Assembly (NCBI GenBank): GCA_965248575.1 | Contig: CBDFJQ010000002.1 | Coordinates: 2,592,001 to 2,656,000 of the forward strand | Direction: 5' to 3' | DNA: 64,000 nucleotides | Source: Planctomycetota bacterium | GTDB taxonomy: Bacteria > Planctomycetota > B15-G4 | In this document: positions 25,829 to 34,892 of the stretch, one piece after another | How positions within the stretch are numbered: the first letter of the stretch is position 1 | How the letters are laid out: every line of letters begins with the position of its first letter | Position numbers and translations under genes: made by a program | Notes under the pieces: model-generated | The model's input: only the letters and a program-made list of their open reading frames with translations | Database searches by the model: none | What the model was told of the DNA's origin: nothing

Positions 25829-27740
25829 CCTCGGTGCCGTCCTCGGCAGCCGCTTCGGCTTCCGCTGCAGCCTTGGCGGCCTTCTTCTTGGCTTTTTTCT
25901 TCTTCTTTTCCTCGTCGTCCTTGTCGTCGCCGAAAAGGCCTCCCAAGGCATCGCCGATCTTGTCGTCCAGCTCGTCCTTCACCTCGTCGAGCTTCTCGTC
26001 CTTCTTGGCCTCCAACTCGGCCTTCTTCTTGTCGACCTCGGCGGTCAGCTCTGCCTTGACTCCAGCCAACAGGGCGTCGGCCATGGCGTCGTCATCGAAG
26101 CTGATGCGCGGGTTGTCCAGAGGGCCTCGCAGGCCAAAGGGCAGGGTCAGCCCGTCCAGCTTCCGGGCACCGGAAGGCAGGGCGACGGTGACACCGTGCA
26201 GGGTGACGTCCAGGGGCAGATCCAGCTCACCGACACGGCCGCCGATCCACGTCCCGTTCAACGAGAAGTCCAAGGTCCCCTTCGAGAGCGCTGGTTTGCC
26301 GTCCACCTGCAGCGAACCAGCCACCGTCTCGGAGGCCACACCCTTCAGGATGAACTTCAGCGTGTTGTCGGCGGGCTCTGCAGAAGCCCCGCCGAGGCCC
26401 ACATCCACATCCAGACGCCCGCTCTGGGCCACGATGCTCATGCGAGCCGGTTGGTCCACCAGGGAGGGTTGCGTGGACACATTCGCAAGGCGGATGTCGA
26501 GCAACTCGCCCGGCATCTGCTCACTTCGCACGCCCCCCGCGATGATCTCACGGATCAACAAGGTGGGCGCATCCGTGAGCAGGTGGCGCGCACTGACGGC
26601 GGCATAGCCCTTGGCGGCCACCTCACGAGCCAGCCGCTCTTCGAAACTCTCTTCCGTTTCTTGCTCAACGCCCTCACCCGAGCTCAGGGTGTCGAGCCAC
26701 TCCCGCACCTGCGCCAGACGATTCTTCCAGAGCTCGGCGTCGGCCAGGTAGTCCTCGAGGCTCTTGGAGTCACCCTGAGCGACCTCCTCGGCCGTCGGAC
26801 CCAGGTCGGGCTCCGGGGCCGGGCCCACGAGGCTTCCCGGCGAGGTACGGCGGGCGCCTGTGGCTCCGTCCACGATCACGAGACGGTCGATGCTCAGCTT
26901 GCGACGCAGCAGGTCTTCCGTCCCCAGGTCCGCCTCCAGGCTGAGCGCGCGAAACAGATCCGTGCCGAGGGCATTGGGGTCGGCCATGGCCAGGCCGGAA
27001 ACGCTCAGTGTTCCGGCCGCGAGGTCCAGGTCCACCGCGTCCACATCCACGGTAGCGCCATTCCACGTCTCGAGACCGCTCTTGGCCGCGCCACCCAGGA
27101 AGGGACCACTCATCAGGGTCGGCGCAAGGAAGAGGACGCCGAGCAAGACCACCACGACCACCACACCGGCCAGGCGAATGGGCGAACTGTGTTTCTGGGA
27201 CGCAACATCCGAGTAGGTCTTCTTGCCGTGGCCGCTGCCCACCAGGACCCAGAGCAAGGAACGCGACCACCAGGTGGTCGAGACCTTGGTGAACTTCTCG
27301 CTCTTCTCTTCCACCTTCGCCATGCGAGTTCGGAAGGCCGACAAGGTCTTGCTCAGGAAGCCGCCCACCACAAGGCCGGTCACGAGGCCGAGCACGAGGC
27401 CGCCCGTCGTGGCGTAGTACTCCAGACCGAACCACGCCAGGACCGGAGCGTTGACGGCACTCCTGAACAGCCCCTCCGAGGGACCTTCGAGCAGCACACG
27501 CCCGATGGAGAAGGACACGGGCATGGCCAGCAAGGCCAACAGCTTGGCGAAGCCCGCCACCAGCAGGCACAAACCGATGTTCGCGTTCAGCACCAGCAGC
27601 AAGAGGACGTAGGCCACCAAGAGGCCGCCGGAGGTCGAGAAGCTGGGGACGAAGCCAATCAGCGCCCCCAACAAACACGCCAGGAAGACCTGCAGTGGGG
27701 TGGCCTTGCCTCGCAGCAGGCCGACGATGTCGCGAATCAT
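25818..27740 (-). CDS. DUF2062/TIGR03546-like membrane domain fused to an AsmA-like beta-rich domain
   Basis: LLRGKATPLQVFLACLLG...NAPVLAWFGL membrane region, then ATVDVDAVDLDL...GLAMADP...LFRA AsmA-like start and PFGLRGPLDNPRI end; Lys/Glu-rich tail. Confidence 0.65.
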   Translation of the reverse strand: MIRDIVGLLRGKATPLQVFLACLLGALIGFVPSFSTSGGLLVAYVLLLLVLNANIGLCLLVAGFAKLLALLAMPVSFSIGRVLLEGPSEGLFRSAVNAPVLAWFGLEYYATTGGLVLGLVTGLVVGGFLSKTLSAFRTRMAKVEEKSEKFTKVSTTWWSRSLLWVLVGSGHGKKTYSDVASQKHSSPIRLAGVVVVVVLLGVLFLAPTLMSGPFLGGAAKSGLETWNGATVDVDAVDLDLAAGTLSVSGLAMADPNALGTDLFRALSLEADLGTEDLLRRKLSIDRLVIVDGATGARRTSPGSLVGPAPEPDLGPTAEEVAQGDSKSLEDYLADAELWKNRLAQVREWLDTLSSGEGVEQETEESFEERLAREVAAKGYAAVSARHLLTDAPTLLIREIIAGGVRSEQMPGELLDIRLANVSTQPSLVDQPARMSIVAQSGRLDVDVGLGGASAEPADNTLKFILKGVASETVAGSLQVDGKPALSKGTLDFSLNGTWIGGRVGELDLPLDVTLHGVTVALPSGARKLDGLTLPFGLRGPLDNPRISFDDDAMADALLAGVKAELTAEVDKKKAELEAKKDEKLDEVKDELDDKIGDALGGLFGDDKDDEEKKKKKAKKKAAKAAAEAEAAAEDGTEDDG

Positions 27741-27795
27741 CCGAAGAGTCCTCGTGGATGGGGATGCAAGGAACAGACCGGCGCCATGGGATCGC

Positions 27796-28626
27796 TCACG
27801 GATCCAGCCTCGCCCAGAATAGGATGCGCTGGAACGGAAAGAAGAACGGCTTGGAATCGGCCAACACCTGGGCGAGTTCCCGGCGATAGACCCCCAGGTA
27901 CTCCTGATAGAGCTCTGCCGGCATGCGGCGCTCATAATCGGTCAGGGTGGTGCCTTTCAGCCACTCCAGCACGGCCTCGCGATCGGGTAGCTCGTGGGCA
28001 TAGACACGGGCCATCACGTGCTGATCGGCGAATCCCAGCTCATGCAGGGCATGGGCATAGTCCGTGGCGCTGAGGACGGGGGTGCGGCGCACGTAGCCCC
28101 CCAGGGCCTGCGCGAAGGTCGCCTTTCGCGCCACCTCCGCAGCCACCGTCTGGGAAGGGTGCTCATGGTTCGCCGGCACCTGCACCGCCAACTGCCCACC
28201 GGGCGCAAGACAGCCTTTGAGCTGCCGGAGCAAGGCCGGGTGGTCCTCCACCCAGTGCAGGGCTGCGTTTGAGAAGACGAGGTCCCAGCTGCCGTCTGGC
28301 TTGAGCGCAGCCAGGTCGCCTTGCTGGAAACTCAGCGAGGCTGATCCGGCCCGTTGCTCGGCGCAGCGCTCCAACATCGCGGGCGATCGATCCACACCCA
28401 AGGTCTCCCGAGCGCGCAACTGCTCGGCTAGGCGACGCGTCAGCGCCCCCGTGCCGCACCCGAGGTCCAGCACACGCATCTGCGGTTCGGGCACCACGAG
28501 CGCCATCAGGTCGAAGAAGGGCTGGCTGCGCTCCCGCTGGAAGCGGTCGTACTGCGCGGGATTCCACGGGTCGCGCCCAGGATCGTGCCCAGGATCGCAC
28601 GGGGAAGGACTCGTCGATTCGCTCAT
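27796..28626 (-). CDS. tam: Trans-aconitate 2-methyltransferase-like SAM methyltransferase
   Basis: WNPAQY..F..ERSQPFFDL, LDLGCGTG, FSNAALHWV, GQLAVQVP, FFPFQRI. Confidence 0.85.
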   Translation of the reverse strand: MSESTSPSPCDPGHDPGRDPWNPAQYDRFQRERSQPFFDLMALVVPEPQMRVLDLGCGTGALTRRLAEQLRARETLGVDRSPAMLERCAEQRAGSASLSFQQGDLAALKPDGSWDLVFSNAALHWVEDHPALLRQLKGCLAPGGQLAVQVPANHEHPSQTVAAEVARKATFAQALGGYVRRTPVLSATDYAHALHELGFADQHVMARVYAHELPDREAVLEWLKGTTLTDYERRMPAELYQEYLGVYRRELAQVLADSKPFFFPFQRILFWARLDP

Positions 28627-28683
28627 GGGCTCGTTCCAACTTGTGCCACGGTCTCCATTCCCCGCCTTCGACGTTCCTCACCG

Positions 28684-28689
28684 TATACT
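28684..28689 (+). promoter_or_regulatory. Putative -10 element TATACT for the Asp-rich gene / HTTM operon
   Basis: Near-consensus hexamer in a divergent intergenic region. Confidence 0.45.
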
Positions 28690-28771
28690 GCACGGCTCGC
28701 CCGCCCGAGCATCCAGCGGCCCATCCTGGACGAAACCGCCATGGGGCCAGGGCCAGTCATCGAGTCCGGAC

Positions 28772-29506
28772 ATGCGCATCCTGCCCTCCTCAACCCAACT
28801 CATGCGAGCGCTCGGAGTTCTCCTGTGCAGCCTCGCCTTTCTTTCCGTCCTGGGCGGCAGCACCTGTATCTGGAGCGCAGACGATGACGACAGCCAATGC
28901 TATGACGACGACGATGACAACGATGCGTTCTGCGATGATGACGACGACTTCAACGCCACGGCAGGGGGAGCCTCGCTCTCGCCCGACTTCCTGAGCCTTC
29001 AAGAAGGCTTGCTCGACCTGGGTCCCGGCGTTCCCTTGGACTCCCGAGCCACGTCCATCCGCCGCTCCAGCAGCGAGCCCGCCGGAAGTACGGCACGTCT
29101 CACCAACTATGTGCTCGAGCTGGAGAGCCGCCCGGGCCGACACCCTGTGGCGCGGGTGCGCGACATCGTCGGTTTGGCCGTGGGCGCCGAGACGTCATCG
29201 CTCGCCAAGCACCCGCTCACCCTGATGGGCGCCGAGGACTTTCGTTTGTTCAGCGCTGACGTGCTGGCCGCCAACGACGACCTGCTCGGACTGCCTGAGG
29301 GGGCCGGTGAGCTTCGCCCCCGCAGCGTGCACTTTCTCGATCAGCTGGTGGCCGTGGTGTTCGAACAGCTTCCCGGCGACGCAGCCTCCGAAGCCCAGGT
29401 CATCTTCGCCTTCGATCTCCTCGGCCGGCTGCTCCTGATCGAGAACCGGACGATCCTGCCCCCTGGAATCGAGGCGACGGTGCCTGACGAGCTGCTGCGC
29501 CCGTAG
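28772..29506 (+). CDS. Secreted hypothetical protein with a Cys-spaced poly-Asp tract
   Basis: Hydrophobic signal followed by CIWSADDDDSQCYDDDDDNDAFCDDDDD. Start ATG 28772 or 28802. Confidence 0.7.
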   Translation: MRILPSSTQLMRALGVLLCSLAFLSVLGGSTCIWSADDDDSQCYDDDDDNDAFCDDDDDFNATAGGASLSPDFLSLQEGLLDLGPGVPLDSRATSIRRSSSEPAGSTARLTNYVLELESRPGRHPVARVRDIVGLAVGAETSSLAKHPLTLMGAEDFRLFSADVLAANDDLLGLPEGAGELRPRSVHFLDQLVAVVFEQLPGDAASEAQVIFAFDLLGRLLLIENRTILPPGIEATVPDELLRP

Positions 29507-30894
29507 TGAGCACCACGCGGCGGCTCTTCGCGCCGACCCCTGCCAGCTCCCTGGCGTGCTTCCGTATCGCCTTCGGCCTGATCTTGTGTTGGGAAGTCGG
29601 GCGCTACTTCCAACACGGCTGGATCTCCGAGTACTTCGTCGAGCCCCGCTTCCACTTCCACTACGCCGGCTTCGGCTGGGTGGCGCCCCTGCCAGCGGCG
29701 GGTCTGCGAGGTCTCTTCGTGGGGCTCGGTGTGTGCGCGGCAGGGATCGCCACCGGCTATCGCCTGCGCCTAGCAGCCAGCCTCTTCTGCCTCGGCTTCA
29801 GCTACGTGTTCCTGCTGGAGAAGGCGCGCTACCTCAACCACTTCTACCTGGTGATCCTGCTGTGCGGCTTGCTGGCAGTCGCTCCGGCGGATCGCGTCTG
29901 GTCCATGTCGGCCTGGCGACGGCGCAAGGGACGCCAACGGGCGGGCTCGGCGGTTGAGGGCAGCGTGCCGGCCTGGAGCCTGGCCCTGCTACGAACGCAG
30001 TTCGGCCTCGTCTACCTCTTTGCGGGCCTCGCCAAGCTCAACGAAGATTGGCTTCGCGCCCGGCCCCTCACCGACTGGCTCGGAAGCCGCCAGGAGCACG
30101 CCGTCCTGGGCCCTCTGCTGCAGCAGGACTGGTCCCCCTGGCTCTTCAGCTACGGCGGCTTGGCCCTCGATCTAGCGGCCTGGCCCTTGCTCATCTGGAA
30201 GCGCACGCGCGGGTTCGCCTTCCTGCTCACGTGCGCCTTCCACCTCACCAATGCGTCCCTGTTCGGCATCGGCATCTTTCCCTGGACGATGATCGCCGGG
30301 ACAGCGCTCTTCCTGGACCCGGACGGGCCACGACGCCTGCTCCGACGCTGGACGCAGCCCTCGTCGCCCCCCCGCTCGAAGCCGCTGTCGAATGCGCTGT
30401 CCGAAGCCCCGTCCGAAGCTCCCCCCGGGGCTCGCCAGCGGCTTGTTCTGTGGGCCCTGGGCATCTACCTGGGACTCCAGGTCCTGATCCCGTTGCGGCA
30501 CTTTGCCTATCCAGGCCCCGTGAGTTGGACCGAAGAAGGCCACAGCTTCTCGTGGCACATGAAGCTCCGCAGCAAGCGCAGCGAGACGAGCTTCCGGCTG
30601 CGCAATGGGAACACCGGTGAGGAGTGGCTCGTGAATCCGGCGGCCGAGCTCACCGACTGGCAGACGCGCAAGATGAGCGGTCGCCCCGACATGATCCTCC
30701 AGTATGGCCAGCATCTGGGGCGGCGCCTGGCTGCAGAGTCGGGCGACCCCATCGAGGTGCGCGTGGCATCTTCCGTCTCCCTCAACTCGCGACCGCCGCA
30801 AGCCCTCATCGACCCCGCGCGGGACATCATGGACCTTCACTGGGGATGGTCCGCCGCTCCCTGGATCGTCCCGCTGAGAGAGACGTCGCCCTAG
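29506..30894 (+). CDS. HTTM-domain, vitamin K-dependent gamma-carboxylase-like membrane protein
   Basis: SLACFRIAFG, YLNHFYL, YLFAGLAKLNEDW, FHLTN..LFGIGIFPW, WTEEGHSFSWHMKL, PDMILQY, SLNSRP. Confidence 0.9.
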   Translation: MSTTRRLFAPTPASSLACFRIAFGLILCWEVGRYFQHGWISEYFVEPRFHFHYAGFGWVAPLPAAGLRGLFVGLGVCAAGIATGYRLRLAASLFCLGFSYVFLLEKARYLNHFYLVILLCGLLAVAPADRVWSMSAWRRRKGRQRAGSAVEGSVPAWSLALLRTQFGLVYLFAGLAKLNEDWLRARPLTDWLGSRQEHAVLGPLLQQDWSPWLFSYGGLALDLAAWPLLIWKRTRGFAFLLTCAFHLTNASLFGIGIFPWTMIAGTALFLDPDGPRRLLRRWTQPSSPPRSKPLSNALSEAPSEAPPGARQRLVLWALGIYLGLQVLIPLRHFAYPGPVSWTEEGHSFSWHMKLRSKRSETSFRLRNGNTGEEWLVNPAAELTDWQTRKMSGRPDMILQYGQHLGRRLAAESGDPIEVRVASSVSLNSRPPQALIDPARDIMDLHWGWSAAPWIVPLRETSP

Positions 30895-31000
30895 CTTCGA
30901 GGTTTCAGCCTTGAGATAGCGTGGGCGATGCGGTCCTTTATGAAGCTCGTTCCGGCGCGCTGGGGAAGTCACGCGTTGCAACTGTCGCCGTCCTGCTTGC

Positions 31001-33448
31001 ATGCCTCCTGATCCGCTGTTTCATCGCGTCCTCCTCTCCATGGTCCTCTTGGCCACGGGCCCCCTCGCCAGTGGCCCCGCCGGGCTCGAGGTGCGCCCTG
31101 CAAACGAGACCGGGGCCTCCCCGCTCAACTCCGTGCTCATCAACGAGCTGGACGCGGATCAGAGCGGCGTCGACATGCTGGAGTTCATCGAGCTGCTCGC
31201 CCCAGCCCAGGGATGGGACCTCTCCGCTTGGGTGGTGGTGCTCTACAACGGGGCTGCCCCAGACGACGAGGCCTACGACGCCATCGCGCTGACAGGCCAG
31301 TTGGCAGGGGAAGACGGGCTGTTCGTGTTGGGTTCGACGGGCGTCGAGAGCGTCGATCTGGTGGCCTTCAGCAGCAACGGCATCCAGAACGGACCTGATG
31401 CCGTGGCTCTCTGGCACGCTCCGGGGCTGAAGGCGTCTGACTTCCTGGGCACCAACCCGTCCACGCCCCCCGCGGGGGCGCGCCTCGCCGACGCCCTGGT
31501 GCACTCCACGGGCGACGCTCCGGACCAGGCCCTGCTCGACGCCCTGACCCCCGGCGCCCTGATGCGCGACGAAAGCGCGGGGCTCGGGCCCAGCGAGCGC
31601 TCCCTGCAACGGCGCCCAGATGGCGGAGCGCCCTTCGACACGGCGAGCTTCATCCCCTCGGCTCCAAGCCCCGGGCGTCGAAACGGAACCCTGCATCATG
31701 TGGCCATTCATGCCATCCAGGGCCCCGGCCATCGTTCCCCCTACGAAGGTTCGTTCGTGGCTGACGTCGAAGGGGTCGTCACCGCCGTGCGCGACGACCG
31801 CTTCCACCTACAGGCCTTGCCCGGCTCAGAGGACGAAGACCCTCACACCTCCGAGGCGCTGCTCGTCTTGCCGGGCACGGCAGATCAACCTGAGGTAGGT
31901 GACCACATCCTGCTGAGCGGTTGGGTCGAGGAGCATTCACCGGGGGGAAGTCCGGGCAACCTGAGCACCACGCGCCTCATCTTGCTGGGAGAGTGGGTGC
32001 TCGTGGACTCGGGGCTCGTCCTGCCGGCGCCCGTGGTGCTGGGCGAGGGAGGCCACTCGCTGCCGCGGCAGATCATCGACAACGACACACGGGGCGGCCA
32101 GGTGTCCAACACCGCCACCCTCTTCGACCCTGAACAGGACGGCCTCGACAGCTTCGAGTCCTTGGAAGGCATGCGCGTCCAAGTCCGGGAGGCCTATGCC
32201 ATCGGGGCGACAACGTCCTTCGGAGAGCTGCCTGTGCTGGCCGATGGCGGCCGCCTGGCGACGGGTCTTTCCGTGCGTGGAGCCCTCTTGCGCAGCGCAG
32301 AGGACGCCAACCCTGAACGCATCCTGGTGGACGATGAGTTGACGCCGACACCCCAGGCCGAGCTCGGAGACCGCTTCTCTAGCCCTCTTGTCGGTGTCCT
32401 GGATTACAGCTTCGGGAACCCCAAGCTGCTGCTCACCGAGACGGCCCAAGTCGTTCCAGGCAGTCGGCCGGCAGAACATCTCAGCAACACGGCCGGCCTG
32501 CGGGTCGCCAGCCTGAACGTGCAGAACCTCTCGCCTCAGAGCAGCGGCGAGCGCATCGCCGAGCTGGCCAAGACCCTGGTGTTCGGGCTGAACGCCCCCG
32601 ACCTGGTGGCCTTGCAGGAAGTGCAGGACGGCAGCGGCCCCCTCAATGATGGGGTCGTGTCTGGCCTTCCCAGCTTGATGCTGCTGCAGGGTGCGATTCG
32701 TTCCCTGGGGGGCCCACGTTACATCGCCGTGGAGATTGCTCCGCTCGACGGCATGGATGGCGGCCAGCCCGGCGGGAACATCCGCGTGGCTTTCCTTTAT
32801 CGCGCCGACAGCGACCTGCGTCTCGTGGCACGAGCTGGCGGCGATGCCACGACCCCCACCTTGGTGCAGGTCGGGGCGGATGGGTCGCCGCAGCTCGCTC
32901 CCAGCCCTGGGCGGATCGCCCCCGAGGACCCGGCTTGGTTGAACAGTCGCAAGCCGCTGACGGCGGAGTTCGAGTGGCGTGGGCAAGCGCTGTTCATCGT
33001 GAACGTGCACCTGTCTTCCAAGCTGGGTGACACGCCACTTTTCGGTGCCTGGCAGCCGCCCGTCCTGGCCTCGGAAGCCAAGCGACTGCCGCAAGCGCGG
33101 GTCGTGCGTGACTTCGTCGCGAAGATCCTGGCGGCCGATCCTCAAGCGGCAGTGCTCGTCCTGGGCGACTGCAACGACTTCGAGTGGTCCCCGGCCCTTG
33201 CGGAATTCCAGGCGGGGGGGCTGCTGCACAACCTCACGGACGGCGTGCCCCAGGGCGAGCGGGGCAGCTACATCTACCAGGGCAATACGCAGACGCTCGA
33301 CCACGCCTTGGCCAGCTCCGCCCTCCTGCCGGCCCTGCTGGATTACCGCATCGTGCACCGGCACGCGGGGCGGCTCGAGGCACCCTCGGACCACGACCCC
33401 CTGCTGCTCGACCTCTCCCCAACCGACCTGCCCAACGGCTTGCGCTGA
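31001..33448 (+). CDS. Secreted ExeM/NucH-like nuclease (lamin-tail-like domain, OB fold, EEP domain)
   Basis: LINELDAD...EFIEL, IHAIQG...SP, FESLEGMRV, LNVQNL, LQEVQD, GDCND, LDHAL, SDHDP. Confidence 0.85.
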   Translation: MPPDPLFHRVLLSMVLLATGPLASGPAGLEVRPANETGASPLNSVLINELDADQSGVDMLEFIELLAPAQGWDLSAWVVVLYNGAAPDDEAYDAIALTGQLAGEDGLFVLGSTGVESVDLVAFSSNGIQNGPDAVALWHAPGLKASDFLGTNPSTPPAGARLADALVHSTGDAPDQALLDALTPGALMRDESAGLGPSERSLQRRPDGGAPFDTASFIPSAPSPGRRNGTLHHVAIHAIQGPGHRSPYEGSFVADVEGVVTAVRDDRFHLQALPGSEDEDPHTSEALLVLPGTADQPEVGDHILLSGWVEEHSPGGSPGNLSTTRLILLGEWVLVDSGLVLPAPVVLGEGGHSLPRQIIDNDTRGGQVSNTATLFDPEQDGLDSFESLEGMRVQVREAYAIGATTSFGELPVLADGGRLATGLSVRGALLRSAEDANPERILVDDELTPTPQAELGDRFSSPLVGVLDYSFGNPKLLLTETAQVVPGSRPAEHLSNTAGLRVASLNVQNLSPQSSGERIAELAKTLVFGLNAPDLVALQEVQDGSGPLNDGVVSGLPSLMLLQGAIRSLGGPRYIAVEIAPLDGMDGGQPGGNIRVAFLYRADSDLRLVARAGGDATTPTLVQVGADGSPQLAPSPGRIAPEDPAWLNSRKPLTAEFEWRGQALFIVNVHLSSKLGDTPLFGAWQPPVLASEAKRLPQARVVRDFVAKILAADPQAAVLVLGDCNDFEWSPALAEFQAGGLLHNLTDGVPQGERGSYIYQGNTQTLDHALASSALLPALLDYRIVHRHAGRLEAPSDHDPLLLDLSPTDLPNGLR

Positions 33449-33568
33449 CGGCAGGAGCCGGCCCGCGGCCTGACCGGAGCGGCCATCCAGAAGCTGGCGG
33501 CCTCCGAACGGGCTTCCCACGCCAGCCCCCACGACATCCCTGGGGTGATCCGCAAAGCACTCATGGGC

Positions 33569-33574
33569 TAGACT
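33569..33574 (+). promoter_or_regulatory. Putative -10 element TAGACT
   Basis: 35 nt upstream of PPIase ATG 33610; recurrent hexamer. Confidence 0.45.
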
Positions 33575-33609
33575 CCCGGATTCGACCTTCCACCATCCGG
33601 AGTGACCCC

Positions 33610-34773
33610 ATGGTCCCCGCCCGACGCTTTGCCCTCGGCCTGTTCTCCCTGCTGGCCCTCACCCTCCCCACCCTGGCGCAGGACGGCCTCGCCGACGAGG
33701 CCCAGGCTGCTGCCGACAAGGTCACGAAAGCGACCGAGTGGACTGAAGGCCGCTACGCCTATGTCGTCGTGTCCACCTCCGCTGGCGACATGACCCTCGA
33801 GCTTGACCATGACAAGGCTCCCAAGACCGTCGAGAACTTCCTCAAGTACGTCGACGAGGACTTCTACAGCGGCACGATCTTCCACCGCGTCATCGCTGGC
33901 TTCATGTGCCAGGGCGGAGGCTTCACCACGGACTACCAACGCAAGGGCACCAACCCTCCCGTGGAAAACGAGGCCGACAACGGCCTGAACAACACCTCCG
34001 GCACCATCGCCATGGCTCGCGTCGGGCCCCACACCGCGACGAGCCAGTTCTTCCTCAACACCGCCGACAACAAGATGCTCGACCACACGGCGCCCACCCC
34101 CACCGGCTGGGGCTACGCCGTGTTCGGGCAAGTCATCGAGGGTCTCGAGACCCTGGAGGCCATCCGCACCACGCCCGTGGAAGTGGACCCCCGAGTCGGC
34201 CGCGAGCAAGCAGCCCCCGTCACGCAGGTCGTCATCAACAAGGTGACCCGCGCGGACCCCCAGATGTGTGCGGGCGCCATCGTCGCAGTGCGCAAGCGGG
34301 AAGCGGTCGCCCAGGCCCAGGTCGCCGAGCTGGAGGCCGCCAAGGTCGTGCGCGAGGCAGCTCTCGCGAAGCTCGTGGAGAAGTACGGCAGCGAAGGCAT
34401 CGCCCTGGTCGCCCAGAAGGGCCACGACGTCTCCAAGGGTTCCACGTCAAGCACCGGGCTCTGGTCTCTCGACACCGTGCCTGGCACCGGCGCCCAGCCC
34501 ACGGCCTCTGACACGGTCACCGTGCACTACACGGGCTGGTTCACCGACGGTGGCGTCTTTGACTCCTCCGTTGAGCGGGGTGAGCCCACCAGCTTCCCTC
34601 TCAGTGGTGTCATCAAGGGCTGGACCGAGGGTGTGGCCGGCATGAAGGTCGGCGGCAAGCGCTTCCTGGTCATCCCCCACGAGCTGGCCTACGGCGAGCG
34701 CGGCTACCCCGGCGTGATCCCGGAGCGGGCGACCCTGGTGTTCGAGATCGAGCTGCTGAAGATCGGCGGCTGA
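33610..34773 (+). CDS. Exported dual-family peptidyl-prolyl isomerase (cyclophilin plus FKBP)
   Basis: Signal peptide; cyclophilin (APKTVENF, FHRVI..FMCQGGG, SQFFLN, GYAVFG); helical linker; FKBP (VTVHYTG, FDSS, VIKGWTEG, LAYG, LVFEIELL). Confidence 0.92.
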   Translation: MVPARRFALGLFSLLALTLPTLAQDGLADEAQAAADKVTKATEWTEGRYAYVVVSTSAGDMTLELDHDKAPKTVENFLKYVDEDFYSGTIFHRVIAGFMCQGGGFTTDYQRKGTNPPVENEADNGLNNTSGTIAMARVGPHTATSQFFLNTADNKMLDHTAPTPTGWGYAVFGQVIEGLETLEAIRTTPVEVDPRVGREQAAPVTQVVINKVTRADPQMCAGAIVAVRKREAVAQAQVAELEAAKVVREAALAKLVEKYGSEGIALVAQKGHDVSKGSTSSTGLWSLDTVPGTGAQPTASDTVTVHYTGWFTDGGVFDSSVERGEPTSFPLSGVIKGWTEGVAGMKVGGKRFLVIPHELAYGERGYPGVIPERATLVFEIELLKIGG

Positions 34774-34780
34774 TTTCAAC

Positions 34781-34817
34781 GGGGAAGCGGGCCTCCCGCT
34801 GGGAGATTCCGCCTCCG
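34781..34817 (+). terminator. Imperfect GC-rich hairpin downstream of the PPIase gene
   Basis: gcgg..ctccc-gct-gggag..ccgc; weak U-tract. Confidence 0.35.
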
Positions 34818-34826
34818 TTCCCTCAA

Positions 34827-34890
34827 TCAACGCCCCCCGACGTGGGCAGGTCGTGCCTACAATGCACGTCCACCACGCGGGGGGCGTTGA
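34827..34890 (+). promoter_or_regulatory. Long hairpin enclosing a TACAAT -10 box and pairing over the RBS region of the aminotransferase gene
   Basis: tcaacgccccccg (34827-34839) / cggggggcgttga (34878-34890), perfect 13 bp, plus cgtgg/ccacg and cgtgc/gcacg inner stems; TACAAT at 34858-34863. Confidence 0.65.
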
Positions 34891-34892
34891 CG

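Noticed and set aside
25860..25925. T-rich tract on the plus strand resembling a terminator
   Set aside because: It is the antisense of the Lys-rich tail (EKKKKKAKKK) of the minus-strand CDS.
25779..28073. 764-aa plus-strand ORF
   Set aside because: Antisense to the AsmA-like gene; composition mirrors the sense codon bias.
28567..28600. Short tandem repeat in the tam N-terminus (DPGHDPGRDP)
   Set aside because: A 12-bp unit in 2-3 degenerate copies within a disordered N-terminus; no sign of function.
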